Part shown: piece after piece, positions 45,885 to 55,192 of the stretch | Layout: every line of letters starts with the position of its first letter | How positions within the stretch are numbered: the stretch's first letter is position 1 | DNA from: Candidatus Latescibacterota bacterium | Lineage (GTDB): Bacteria; Latescibacterota; UBA2968 | Reading direction: 5' to 3' | Length of the DNA stretch: 64,000 nucleotides | NCBI GenBank assembly: GCA_965207885.1 | Contig: OZ242311.1 | Location: 6,112,001 to 6,176,000 of the forward strand | Translations under genes and position numbers: made by a program | The notes under the pieces: model-generated | What the model saw: only the letters and a program-made list of their open reading frames with translations | The model's database searches: none | Told to the model about the DNA's origin: nothing

Positions 45885-46873
45885 TGCAAACACGGGTTCC
45901 TTTTGAAAAATTAAAAGACGCATTTGTCGCGGCGCTCCTGAAGGCAGAATTATCACAGGACCGCGCGGAATTGTGCGGGCGATTATTCGCAGAGAATCAG
46001 CGAGACGGCGTCTATTCTCACGGCCTGAACCGATTTCCCGGACTACTGGCCAAACTGCGCGAAGGGCGATTAGACGGCACAGCCGAACCCGAATGCGTAA
46101 AAGCGCTCGGCGTCTTAGAACAATGGGATGGCAAAATGGGGATCGGACTAATCAATGCCCATCTCGCAATGGGACGCGCAATAGAACTCGCAAAAGCAAA
46201 CGGCATGGGATGTATAGGCTTACGCAACACAAACCACTGGATGCGTGCTGGAGCTTATGGCCTGCAAGCCGCCGACGCGGGATGCATCGGCATGTGCTGG
46301 ACCAACACAACCCCACTCATGCCGCCCTGGGGCGCAACGGAAAAACGCATTGGAAACAACCCCATGACAATGGCCATTCCGAGAAAAGAGGGACACATCC
46401 TCCTGGACATGGCGATGAGCCAGTATTCCAACGGCAAACTGGAAGTCTTGCAAGCGCGAGGAGAGACCCTGCCTATCGCCGGAGGATTTGATACAGAGGG
46501 CAATCTGACATGCGACCCCGGTGCCATACTCGATTCAAAACGCGCACTCCCAATCGGCTACTGGAAAGGATCGGCACTCGCGATCGTACTCGACACCCTC
46601 GCCGCGCTATTATCAGCCGGTCAAACAACGCACGACATCGGCGCGCAGGGCGATGAACACGCCGTATCCCAAACCTATATTGCAATTGACGTCACATCAT
46701 TAAACGGACGTGAACTATGTGAACGCATTGTAAACGGCATCATTGACGACCTGCATGAAGTTCACGAATCCGCGCGCTATCCCGGCGAAGGCATGTTGCG
46801 AACGCGACGCGAGAGTCTGGAGAAAGGGGTAGTGGTAGAGGAGGATCAGTGGGAAGAACTGTTGAAGATATAA
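45884..46873 (+). CDS. yiaK: 2,3-diketo-L-gulonate reductase (3-dehydro-L-gulonate 2-dehydrogenase), Ldh_2 family
   Basis: DGVYSHGLNRF, RNTNHWMR, CWTNT...MP.WG, IGNNP, DMAMSQYS.GKL, LPIGYWKGS. Confidence 0.85.
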   Translation: MQTRVPFEKLKDAFVAALLKAELSQDRAELCGRLFAENQRDGVYSHGLNRFPGLLAKLREGRLDGTAEPECVKALGVLEQWDGKMGIGLINAHLAMGRAIELAKANGMGCIGLRNTNHWMRAGAYGLQAADAGCIGMCWTNTTPLMPPWGATEKRIGNNPMTMAIPRKEGHILLDMAMSQYSNGKLEVLQARGETLPIAGGFDTEGNLTCDPGAILDSKRALPIGYWKGSALAIVLDTLAALLSAGQTTHDIGAQGDEHAVSQTYIAIDVTSLNGRELCERIVNGIIDDLHEVHESARYPGEGMLRTRRESLEKGVVVEEDQWEELLKI

Positions 46874-46894
46874 CCATTTTTCAGGAGCGTTTTT

Positions 46895-47743
46895 ATGTCT
46901 AACCCATTATTACCCACGACCAATGCCGACGGCTTGCCCGTCGCGCCCATGAGTGAAGAGCAGAAATACACATTTGACCTCAAGGGATGGATCTGCTTAC
47001 CCGGCTTGCTCAGTGAAGAAGAACTCATCCCCATACGCGAACACCAGATGAAACTTCTGAACGAAAGCGAATCACTGCCCCCTGATGAACGCGACAATCA
47101 CGGCGGCGCATCGCAAATACTACTCGACCACCCGGCTGTGGTCGGTGTATTAAACGAAATCATCTCACATCAGGCACTGGCAACCGAAGACTGCTACGGA
47201 TTTCGGTTTGACCATACGTACACCAGCCATCGACGAGCCGGTCACGACAACTTCCGACCCCATGGCGGAGGTGGGTACTTCAACTTCTGCGGCAACTCAC
47301 ACATCTATCAAATGCAACCCGGGAAAATTCACGCGGGATTGATCCGCGTTGTCTGGGAATTAAATGAAGTGCGAAAAGGCGACGGCACCATGTTCTTATC
47401 GGGCAGTCACAAAGCCGCATTCCCGCGCCCCGAAACCCTGAGTGGACGCGAAAGCGACCTGTGGGACACGTATTCATGCGTTGCGGGATCCGCAGTAATC
47501 TTCACCGAAGCCCTGTGCCATACAGGCACAACATGGGGCAACGAAGAATGGGACCGATTGAGCCTATTCACCTGTTACAACACCGTAAATGCAAAATGGG
47601 GCAAAAAATGCCCACCGCCTGAAGTCATTGCCGCCATGCCCCCAAAGCGACAAACCCTGTTCCGCGGCGTCTGGCACGGCATGCGCGAAATACCGAATGT
47701 GAATAAATACTACGACGAAGCTAATATCGGGCGCTACGTATAA
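46895..47743 (+). CDS. PhyH-family Fe/2OG enzyme with HxG in place of HxD
   Basis: QKYTFDLKGW, PHGGG, LSGSHK, AGS...FTEALCH...W.....R. Confidence 0.8.
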   Translation: MSNPLLPTTNADGLPVAPMSEEQKYTFDLKGWICLPGLLSEEELIPIREHQMKLLNESESLPPDERDNHGGASQILLDHPAVVGVLNEIISHQALATEDCYGFRFDHTYTSHRRAGHDNFRPHGGGGYFNFCGNSHIYQMQPGKIHAGLIRVVWELNEVRKGDGTMFLSGSHKAAFPRPETLSGRESDLWDTYSCVAGSAVIFTEALCHTGTTWGNEEWDRLSLFTCYNTVNAKWGKKCPPPEVIAAMPPKRQTLFRGVWHGMREIPNVNKYYDEANIGRYV

Positions 47744-47761
47744 TAAAAACAGGAGTAACCC

Positions 47762-48406
47762 ATGAACGTATTGATCACCTCGGGCAAAACAGCACTATCC
47801 CGGGCACTATCAGCGGATCTGTCGAAAGAACACAACGTCGTACTGACAGATCTCGTAGAAGTAGAAACAGATTGCGACTTTGTTAAATGCGAACTGGGGC
47901 ACGAAGGAGAAACAGAAACCCTCGTACAGGGAATGGACGCCATAGTACACCTCGCGAAACTGCCCGAAGAACTGAAAAGCGATGAACGGGAAATAGACTT
48001 TCAAACCCGATGTACTTATAACATCATGCACGCAGCACGGGAGAAAAACGTCCCCCACGTCATCTATATCAGTTCCCTCAGCCTATTCGCGTCATGCGAC
48101 CCCAACTGGAACGTCACAGAAGTCTGGGCACCGAGACCCACAACAGAATCGGGTCCCATGGCGCGGTACCTGGGTGAATTTACCTGCCGGGAATTTGCGC
48201 GCGAGCACTCCGTCCGCGTAACCTGCCTGCGATTCGGAGACATAGACGGCGATGGCGACACAGCATTGACAACAGAAGACGCGGTAAAAGCCATCGGCAA
48301 GGCACTGGTAAAAAACGGACCCATGTGGCAGGTCTTGCACGTACAATCAGACGTTGCAAATGCCCAGTTCCCCACAAACCAGGCAAAGCAAGCACTGGGA
48401 CTTTAA
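47762..48406 (+). CDS. NAD-dependent epimerase/dehydratase-like protein with degenerate motifs
   Basis: GMDAIVHLA, TYN...AA, YISS, CLRFG retained; glycine loop and YxxxK altered. Confidence 0.75.
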   Translation: MNVLITSGKTALSRALSADLSKEHNVVLTDLVEVETDCDFVKCELGHEGETETLVQGMDAIVHLAKLPEELKSDEREIDFQTRCTYNIMHAAREKNVPHVIYISSLSLFASCDPNWNVTEVWAPRPTTESGPMARYLGEFTCREFAREHSVRVTCLRFGDIDGDGDTALTTEDAVKAIGKALVKNGPMWQVLHVQSDVANAQFPTNQAKQALGL

Positions 48407-48419
48407 CAATGAGGTAAAC

Positions 48420-49151
48420 ATGAAAGTTGTAATCTACGGAAGCAATGGCCAATTGGGACCGCATGTGGTCAAAGCACTGGAAGGACATGTAGAACTGCGC
48501 TTAACCGACCTGGAGCCTTATGACACCCCACACGAAATGATGATCGTCGATGTATCGGACCCCGATGCGGTCGCGCGCGCGGCAGAGGGAATGGACGCAA
48601 TCATCAACCTATCCGTCTTGCGCCCCCACCGACAGATCGCCTTTGATGTCAACACCCTGGGATGCTACAACATCATGCGCGCAGCAGTTGAACAGGGGAT
48701 CCCGCGGGTCATCAACACAGGACCCCACTTCACCGTACAAGGCGCACCCTACGAGGCACTGGATTACAACATCGGTCCCGATGTCCCCCCCAAACCCAGC
48801 ACAAACCTATACGCCCTATCCAAGGGCCTGGGCCAAGAAATCTGCCGAATCTTCACCACACAGAGCGACGTCTATGTACTGTGTTACTTATTCTACATCT
48901 TCTGCTATCACGACGACCTGTCAAGACCCGGTCTGAACCGCCCGTTCCTCGTAACCTGGCGAGATGCATCAGCCGCGTTCTTACCGGGCCTGACCATCGA
49001 CCTCAAAACCCTCCCATCGCAATGCGAAGTCTTCAACATCTTTGCAAATCGACCGCACCAGAAATTCTCAAACGAAAAAGCAAAACGCATATTGGGATGG
49101 CAGCCGAAGGATGATCTGTCCCATACTTATACAAAGGAAAACACAAAATGA
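48420..49151 (+). CDS. NAD(P)-dependent oxidoreductase (extended SDR, uronate dehydrogenase-like)
   Basis: GSNGQLG, LRLTD, GMDAIINL, YALSK, KAKRILGW.P; RBS GAGG before 48420. Confidence 0.82.
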   Translation: MKVVIYGSNGQLGPHVVKALEGHVELRLTDLEPYDTPHEMMIVDVSDPDAVARAAEGMDAIINLSVLRPHRQIAFDVNTLGCYNIMRAAVEQGIPRVINTGPHFTVQGAPYEALDYNIGPDVPPKPSTNLYALSKGLGQEICRIFTTQSDVYVLCYLFYIFCYHDDLSRPGLNRPFLVTWRDASAAFLPGLTIDLKTLPSQCEVFNIFANRPHQKFSNEKAKRILGWQPKDDLSHTYTKENTK

Positions 49152-50377
49152 AAATCCGACCCGACCTCGTTCCTGAGACCGAGCGGAACAACCTCGAAGT
49201 CATCCAGCTCACGGATGAAACGGTCCCCTCATCCCACATCTACATGGAAGCGCAGATCTTCACGCCCGACTCCCAGCGGCTAATCATTCACCGGTCTGCA
49301 CATCCCCATGGCTCTGACCCAAAGGATCCCGAGCACCAGTTCCTCATCTGCGACCTCGAAGACCATTGCAGCTTAACGCCCATCACCACCGAACTCGGAA
49401 CCACGGGACCATCCATCTCGCCCGATGGCGAATGGCTATACTACTTCGTCAACGAAACAGAACCCGGAGGCGGACGCCTGACGCTCAAACGCGTCAAGAT
49501 GGACGGAACAGAACGCGACACCATCTATGTCCTGGACCACGCCATACCCGACACCGACTTCAGATTGAGCCGACCGTATCCCCTCTCGACCATCTCATCC
49601 GACGGCAAGCGCATCGCAATCTCGGGATTCCTCGGCGACGGCAAAACCGCAGGCGCACCCTGGGGTCTCCTCGTCTTTGAAATTGAAAAGCCATCTGTAC
49701 GCCTGATCTTTCACGGACCCTCCTGGTGCAATATCCACCCACAATACACGCGCCAAACAGACCCTGAAGCCTCCCACGACATCATGATCCAGGAAAACCA
49801 CGGCAACACCGCATCGCCCGACGGCAGCGTAGAAACGCTCGTCAGTGGACAGGGCGCAGACATCCACCTGATCCGGGACGACGGATCCGCACTGCGCGAC
49901 TTCCCCTGGGGACGGGACGGAAACGAATTCTGCCAGGGGCATCAATGCTGGCAGGGACAAAGCGACATCGCCATCACCAGCACGAGCACACGCGAACCCG
50001 CTGAAAGACAACTCATCTCCGGACGCGCCGCGCCTCACATCGGCGACGAAGGCATCAACACCCCGGGTGGTTGGCGAAACGACCTCTCCCGATCCTTCGA
50101 CACGCCCGACTTCTGCCACTTCGCAACAGACATCGACGGAACGCGGTTAATCACAGACGCAGGTCCAATAGACGCGGGCGGATCAGTCTGGCTATTCGAC
50201 CTCCCCGAAGAAGAGGAAGGCGCCCTCGCAAACGCGCGGAAAGTCGCGGACCCCGGATCGTCCTGGCAAAAAAACACACACATCCACCCCTTCCTCTCCC
50301 CGGATGGACAGTCGGGCTTCTTCAACTCCGATGAAAGCGGCATATTACAGGCGTATATGGTACGCGGTTGGTCTTAA
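49148..50377 (+). CDS. Oligogalacturonate lyase (PL22)-like beta-propeller
   Basis: D..PET....IQLT......HIY.....FTPD, HPQY, GHQCW, HF, HIHPFLSPDG...FNSD pattern typical of Ogl. Confidence 0.7.
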   Translation: MKIRPDLVPETERNNLEVIQLTDETVPSSHIYMEAQIFTPDSQRLIIHRSAHPHGSDPKDPEHQFLICDLEDHCSLTPITTELGTTGPSISPDGEWLYYFVNETEPGGGRLTLKRVKMDGTERDTIYVLDHAIPDTDFRLSRPYPLSTISSDGKRIAISGFLGDGKTAGAPWGLLVFEIEKPSVRLIFHGPSWCNIHPQYTRQTDPEASHDIMIQENHGNTASPDGSVETLVSGQGADIHLIRDDGSALRDFPWGRDGNEFCQGHQCWQGQSDIAITSTSTREPAERQLISGRAAPHIGDEGINTPGGWRNDLSRSFDTPDFCHFATDIDGTRLITDAGPIDAGGSVWLFDLPEEEEGALANARKVADPGSSWQKNTHIHPFLSPDGQSGFFNSDESGILQAYMVRGWS

Positions 50378-50387
50378 GCAAAACTAA
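50332..50387 (+). repeat. Copy 1 of a 56-bp diverged direct repeat (3' end of the ogl-like gene)
   Basis: TGAAAGCGGCATATTACAGGCGTATATGGTACGCGGTTGG..., second copy at 55609. Confidence 0.85.
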
Positions 50388-50401
50388 AAGGAGATACCAA
50401 A

Positions 50402-52333
50402 TTGATTCCCCGACAAGTGCTGTTTGGCAACCCAGAAAAATCCATGGCCCGAATCAGTCCCGACGGCGAGTACCTGAGCTACCTCGCGCCAGTGGCGGGC
50501 GTTTTGAACGTCTGGATCGCCGCAATAGAAGATCCCGACTCAGCCAGGCCGATCACCAAAGACAAGGAACGCGGCATCCGCTACTACGACTGGACCTATG
50601 ATGGGCAGCACATTCTGTACTACCAGGATGCCAAAGGCGACGAAGACTGGCACGTGTACGCGACGAATATCACCACAGGCGAGACCCGAGACCTGACGCC
50701 CTTTGAAAAAGTCAACGCGCAGATTCTCTCAGTCAATGAAAAGACGCCCAACGAAATCCTGATCGGCATCAACAACCGCAATCCGCAGTTGCACGACGTC
50801 TATCGAATCGCGCTTTCCACCGGCGAGCGGACCTTGATCGAAGAGAATCCGGGCTTTGTCTCTTACCTGTTCGACAACGACGACCGCACGCGTTTTGCCA
50901 TGACATTTTCGCCGACCGGGGGACAGGAGATCCTCCAACGGGACGAGAACAACCAGTGGCAACCCTTCATAGAGATTCCCAACACCGACGCCCTGACGAC
51001 CTATCTGACCGGCTTCGACAAATCAAACCAGATCCTCTATATGATCGACAGCCGCAAGCGAAACACGGCCGCCTTATTCACCCTCGACCTGGCGTCCAGC
51101 AAACGAGAACTGGTAGCCGAGAACGATCGCGCGGATGTGGGCGGGATGTTGGTTCATCCAACAGAGAAACACGTACAAGCCGTATCGTTCATTTACGACC
51201 GCAACCGCTGGCATGTGCTGGACCCAGCGATTCAAGAGGACATGGATTACTTGCACTCGGTGGAAGACGGCGAATTGTCCATCACCAGCCGCACGCTCGA
51301 CGACCGCTTGTGGACAGCGGCCTACGTCCTGGACAACGGGCCGGTCAAATACTACCTGTACGACCGCACCAGAAAGCAGGCGAATTACCTGTTCAGCAAC
51401 CGCACGGACCTGGACGAGTACCAACTGGCCAGGATGCATTCGCTGACCATCAAATCCCGCGACGGGTGGAATCTGATCAGCTATCTGACGCTCCCCCCCA
51501 ACAGCGCCCCCGACGGCGACGCTCGGCCGAGCAATCCTGTACCGCTGGTTTTACTGGTGCACGGGGGTCCCTGGGGACGCGACATCTGGGGCTACAATTC
51601 GGAGCATCAATGGCTGGCGAACCGCGGTTACGCCGTACTGAGCGTCAACTTCCGCGGCTCGACCGGCTTCGGCAAAGAGTTCACCAACGCCGGCAATGGC
51701 GAGTGGGCTGGCAAAATGCACGACGACCTGATTGACGCTGTCAACTGGGCAGTCCGTGAAAAGATCACGCAGCGCGACCAGGTGGCGATAATGGGCGGCA
51801 GCTACGGCGGATACGCGACCCTGGTCGGATTGACCTTCACCCCCGAGACATTCGTCTGCGGCGTCGATATTGTCGGCCCGAGCAACCTCGTCACGTTGCT
51901 ACAAAACGTGCCGCCTTATTGGGTCCCGATCCTCCCAATGATGAAAGACCGCGTAGGTGACTGGACGACACAGGAGGGCCAGAAATCCTTGCTCGCCAAA
52001 TCGCCGCTTGCGCGCGTAGATCAGATCCAGCGGTCTCTGCTGATCGGCCAGGGAGCCAACGACCCGCGCGTCAAACAAGTCGAATCCGATCAAATCGTAG
52101 AGGCGATGAAACAAAAAAACATCCCCGTGACCTACGTGCTTTATCCAGACGAAGGGCACGGATTCGCACGACCGGAAAACCGCTTATCGTTTTACGCCGT
52201 CGCTGAGGCGTTCTTATCCGAGCACCTGGGCGGACAGTTTGAACCGGTCGGAAAGGACTTTCAAGGAGCGAAAATTCAGGTGACAGAAGGAGCGGACCAG
52301 GTCCCCGGGCTCCAGACGGCCCTGGGTCAATGA
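50402..52333 (+). CDS. S9 family peptidase (dipeptidyl aminopeptidase / acylaminoacyl peptidase)
   Basis: HGGPW, NFRGSTGFG, GGSYGG, GANDPRV, DEGHG; TTG start with AGGAG RBS. Confidence 0.93.
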   Translation: MIPRQVLFGNPEKSMARISPDGEYLSYLAPVAGVLNVWIAAIEDPDSARPITKDKERGIRYYDWTYDGQHILYYQDAKGDEDWHVYATNITTGETRDLTPFEKVNAQILSVNEKTPNEILIGINNRNPQLHDVYRIALSTGERTLIEENPGFVSYLFDNDDRTRFAMTFSPTGGQEILQRDENNQWQPFIEIPNTDALTTYLTGFDKSNQILYMIDSRKRNTAALFTLDLASSKRELVAENDRADVGGMLVHPTEKHVQAVSFIYDRNRWHVLDPAIQEDMDYLHSVEDGELSITSRTLDDRLWTAAYVLDNGPVKYYLYDRTRKQANYLFSNRTDLDEYQLARMHSLTIKSRDGWNLISYLTLPPNSAPDGDARPSNPVPLVLLVHGGPWGRDIWGYNSEHQWLANRGYAVLSVNFRGSTGFGKEFTNAGNGEWAGKMHDDLIDAVNWAVREKITQRDQVAIMGGSYGGYATLVGLTFTPETFVCGVDIVGPSNLVTLLQNVPPYWVPILPMMKDRVGDWTTQEGQKSLLAKSPLARVDQIQRSLLIGQGANDPRVKQVESDQIVEAMKQKNIPVTYVLYPDEGHGFARPENRLSFYAVAEAFLSEHLGGQFEPVGKDFQGAKIQVTEGADQVPGLQTALGQ

Positions 52334-52340
52334 GAACCAC

Positions 52341-53309
52341 ATGACAATCTCCCTCGACCCCATCCGCGACGATTTGATCGCCTGGGCGGAATCCCTCTAC
52401 CTCCCGGACACTGGAGCCTTCCGCAACGGCGACATACCTGCGCCCAGCCTTCCGAGTACCCTCTTCATCACCTATATCCTGTACAGCATGGACGCGCTCG
52501 ACGCAGTCGCGCTTGACCGCGCAAAATGGATCGCCTGGATCCAGTCACAACAGAGCGAACAGGACGGATCCTTTGCCTTCCCACCCTCAAACAGGCGGGG
52601 AATCGCATTTTGGAACGCAGTTCGCGCACTCAATATGCTGGGTGCTCAGGTCCTGAAATTCCCCGACGACCAGCGCGGCGCAACAACCGTCACCGGACTC
52701 CACCAGTGGTTCAAAACGTGGAAAACATCCGGCGACACCCATCACGAAGTCCTCGCGCGCGTACCCATGCTCGTCAGCCATCCAGACCCCGCCTGGGTCA
52801 ACACATTCTTCGACGAACTCGCCGCACAACAGCACCCCACGCTCGGAACATGGCCCGCTGAAGGACCCACCAACATCAGCCGCACCTTCGCCTACAGCCT
52901 GATCTACACCGGAATGGACAAACTCCCACCGCAAGCTGAGAAAATCATAGATGCCATGCTAAATCTCCAGGAAGAGAACGGCTTCTGGCACGGACGCCCC
53001 AACTTTTCAACCATGGACGCGGTCTATCTCCTATCGCGACTGCCAAAAGCCACCAGGTGGTGGCGCGAGACAGAAGCAAACGCCGCGCTACACCGCACAG
53101 CAGATGCGCTCATCCCCTATTACAAAGCACACGCAGAACGCGACAAGCAGGACACCCATCAATTCGCGGCCACCGTACAAACATTTGCCCTGCTATACGA
53201 AGCATTGTCCCAGCGATTTGCAACATCGCACCCGTGGCAATTCGGATGGAGCAACAGGGCATTCTGGCAGTGCCGCGTAATCAAAGAGAAACTAACCGTC
53301 CATTATTAA
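52341..53309 (+). CDS. Hypothetical protein with prenyltransferase-like (QxxxGxW/F) repeats
   Basis: SQQSEQDGSF, QQHPTLGTW, LQEENGFW repeats of alpha/alpha toroids. Confidence 0.6.
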   Translation: MTISLDPIRDDLIAWAESLYLPDTGAFRNGDIPAPSLPSTLFITYILYSMDALDAVALDRAKWIAWIQSQQSEQDGSFAFPPSNRRGIAFWNAVRALNMLGAQVLKFPDDQRGATTVTGLHQWFKTWKTSGDTHHEVLARVPMLVSHPDPAWVNTFFDELAAQQHPTLGTWPAEGPTNISRTFAYSLIYTGMDKLPPQAEKIIDAMLNLQEENGFWHGRPNFSTMDAVYLLSRLPKATRWWRETEANAALHRTADALIPYYKAHAERDKQDTHQFAATVQTFALLYEALSQRFATSHPWQFGWSNRAFWQCRVIKEKLTVHY

Positions 53310-53310
53310 C

Positions 53311-53584
53311 ACACGAAAACGGGTCAAGTCCAAGATACGAACACTGGATGAGGCCCAGTTCCCAACGGCATTCGGCTTGGCGATGGAAGCAGAGGAATAC
53401 ACACAGGTAAGGGAGAAGCAGGTCAAAGAGGCACTATCGGACATGGAGCATCTGGGGCTGGACGATCGATCTACTGATGAACCTGATGACCCCAGCATGG
53501 ACATTATAGATCAAGAACAGAACGCAGACAGGACCTGGTCTGGGGATCGAACTCGACGAAAGCGGTCGTCAATAAACATCGTGC
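53311..53584 (+). pseudogene. Stacked gene fragments: an unknown acidic C-terminal piece plus an enolase/mandelate-racemase-like tail
   Basis: Start-less frame TRKRVKSKIRTLDEAQ...DEPDDPSMD; then 53531-53584 reads GPGLGIELDE/AVVNKHRA with a 1-nt frameshift. Confidence 0.4.
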
Positions 53585-53800
53585 GTGACTACTCCCAACG
53601 CTAAAGCAGTTGGGCTTCTTGGCGGTCAATCCGCCTGACGTTGTAGCCCCAACGTCAATATGTTTATCGCAGCATTGTGGTCTCTGTCCGTCTTATAGCC
53701 ACACGCCTTGCAATGATGCACACGCTCAGAAAGTGCTTTCTTCTCTCTATGTCCGCATGCAGAGCAATCTTGTGACGTATATTCAGGATCAACGGCCTTG
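53565..53800 (-). ncRNA. Predicted omega/reRNA of TnpB (5' boundary unknown)
   Basis: Inferred from established TnpB biology: the RNA overlaps the tnpB 3' end and right-end hairpin and extends into the flank as guide. Confidence 0.5.
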
Positions 53801-54866
53801 AATCCAATACCAGCCTCTTCCGCTTTGTATTTGAGACAGTGCCGAAACAGGGACCATGCTACGTCTGCTATTGATTTAGCCAATCGTCTGTTCTTTTGCA
53901 TCTCTTTCACGTCCAATTTCTCTACGGCTATGAATCCGTGACGATTGACCATTTTTCTTGATTCTTGATGAGCAAAGTTATGTCGTTTATTACGGATACG
54001 CTCATGCACTCTACCAATGACTTTACGACGCTTTTCTCTTACAGCGTCGGTCTTGGGTCTTTTTTTCACCGCGTCCCATTTGCGCTGTGTTTTGGCAAGA
54101 GATTTCTCTTCTTTCCTAAAGAATCTCTGATTCTCTATTTTCTGTCCGTCACTGGTCACAGCAAAGGAATTGAGACCCACGTCAATGCCAACAGCAGAGC
54201 CAGCGGTTGGTTTCTTCTCTTTTTCGCCAATATCGCAAGAGATAGACACAAACCACTTGCCTGTTGCTGTGCGTGTGATTGTGCAAGACTTAGGGATACC
54301 CTCAAGTGACCTGTGCTGGACAATGCGAATGCAACCAATACTGCCCAATCGCAAGCCCTTGTCGTCCAATCGACATCCATTGGCAAACTGAGGATAGGTG
54401 ATAGAATCATAGCGATGCTCATTCTTGTATCTGGGAAAGCCAGCTTTCTCGCCTGTCTCTGACTTCTCTTTGAGACGCCGAAAGAATCCTTTGAATGCCA
54501 AATCTACTCTTGCTGACACTTGTTGCAACACTTGACTATATACTTGCTTGAAAGCGGCGTGTTGTTGTTTTAACAATGGTATTGTTTTGGTCTGGTCATA
54601 TTGCGAGAGAGACTTATTCTCATTTTTCCATGCTTGTATTCTGGCACAGAGTAGTTGATTATAGAGAATACGACATTCGTCAATATGCGCCAGCAAGATT
54701 TGTTCTTGCTTTTTGGTCGGACGCAATCTGTATTTGAATGATTTAACCATAATAAAAATATATACTTATATGCATTTTTTGTCAAGATTTTTATCGCTAA
54801 AGCAATACCAAAATCACAAGCCCTCATATCCCAACGCTAAAGCTGTTGGGTTTTACGGGCTGTTTG
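53585..54866 (-). mobile_element. IS200/IS605-family (IS1341-type) element carrying tnpB only
   Basis: Subterminal hairpins CCCAACGCTAAAGC(A/T)GTTGGG at 53594 and 54830; right end ...GGGAGTAGTCAC; left end CAAACAGCCC preceded by TTAT; no tnpA. Confidence 0.85.
53626..54750 (-). CDS. tnpB: RNA-guided endonuclease TnpB
   Basis: HTH YRLRPT, RuvC GIDVG, IAVEKL, DRDHNAA; zinc finger CSAC..CKAC; TSQ.C motif. Confidence 0.95.
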   Translation of the reverse strand: MVKSFKYRLRPTKKQEQILLAHIDECRILYNQLLCARIQAWKNENKSLSQYDQTKTIPLLKQQHAAFKQVYSQVLQQVSARVDLAFKGFFRRLKEKSETGEKAGFPRYKNEHRYDSITYPQFANGCRLDDKGLRLGSIGCIRIVQHRSLEGIPKSCTITRTATGKWFVSISCDIGEKEKKPTAGSAVGIDVGLNSFAVTSDGQKIENQRFFRKEEKSLAKTQRKWDAVKKRPKTDAVREKRRKVIGRVHERIRNKRHNFAHQESRKMVNRHGFIAVEKLDVKEMQKNRRLAKSIADVAWSLFRHCLKYKAEEAGIGFKAVDPEYTSQDCSACGHREKKALSERVHHCKACGYKTDRDHNAAINILTLGLQRQAD

Positions 54867-54872
54867 ATAAGG

Positions 54873-54901
54873 TTGCGTAAAATTGCAACATTTGCTATAA
54901 T
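54873..54901 (+). promoter_or_regulatory. Putative sigma70 promoter of vapBC
   Basis: TTGCGT-17 bp-TATAAT with extended -10 TG. Confidence 0.6.
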
Positions 54902-54937
54902 TTATTGCTTCCATGACATCATTAAAGGATTTTAGCC

Positions 54938-55192
54938 ATGAGTAAAATGATAAAAACAAAAGTAACAGCGCAAGGGGTTTTGATCCCTCGGCAGTTGTTA
55001 GAAGGAATAGAGGAAGTAGAAATAAAAAAAGAAAATGATGTGATTACAATTATGCCGACGGGACAGATGAACGCCTGCGGTAGTAGTACACAGCTTGATC
55101 CCATTTGGAATCTGGGTGAAAATCCAGTCGAATGTGGTATTTCAGATGCTTCCGAACAGCATGACAAATATTTGTATGACACATCTTCATGA
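54938..55192 (+). CDS. Putative antitoxin (AbrB/MazE-like)
   Basis: 84 aa, KV..QGV.IP..LL swapped-hairpin pattern; 4-nt overlap with the PIN gene. Confidence 0.7.
   Translation: MSKMIKTKVTAQGVLIPRQLLEGIEEVEIKKENDVITIMPTGQMNACGSSTQLDPIWNLGENPVECGISDASEQHDKYLYDTSS

Noticed and set aside
53594-54850. Repeated CCCAACGCTAAAGC.GTTGGG palindrome as a CRISPR or REP repeat
   Set aside because: Only two copies, 1.2 kb apart, flanking tnpB; explained as IS200/IS605 end hairpins.
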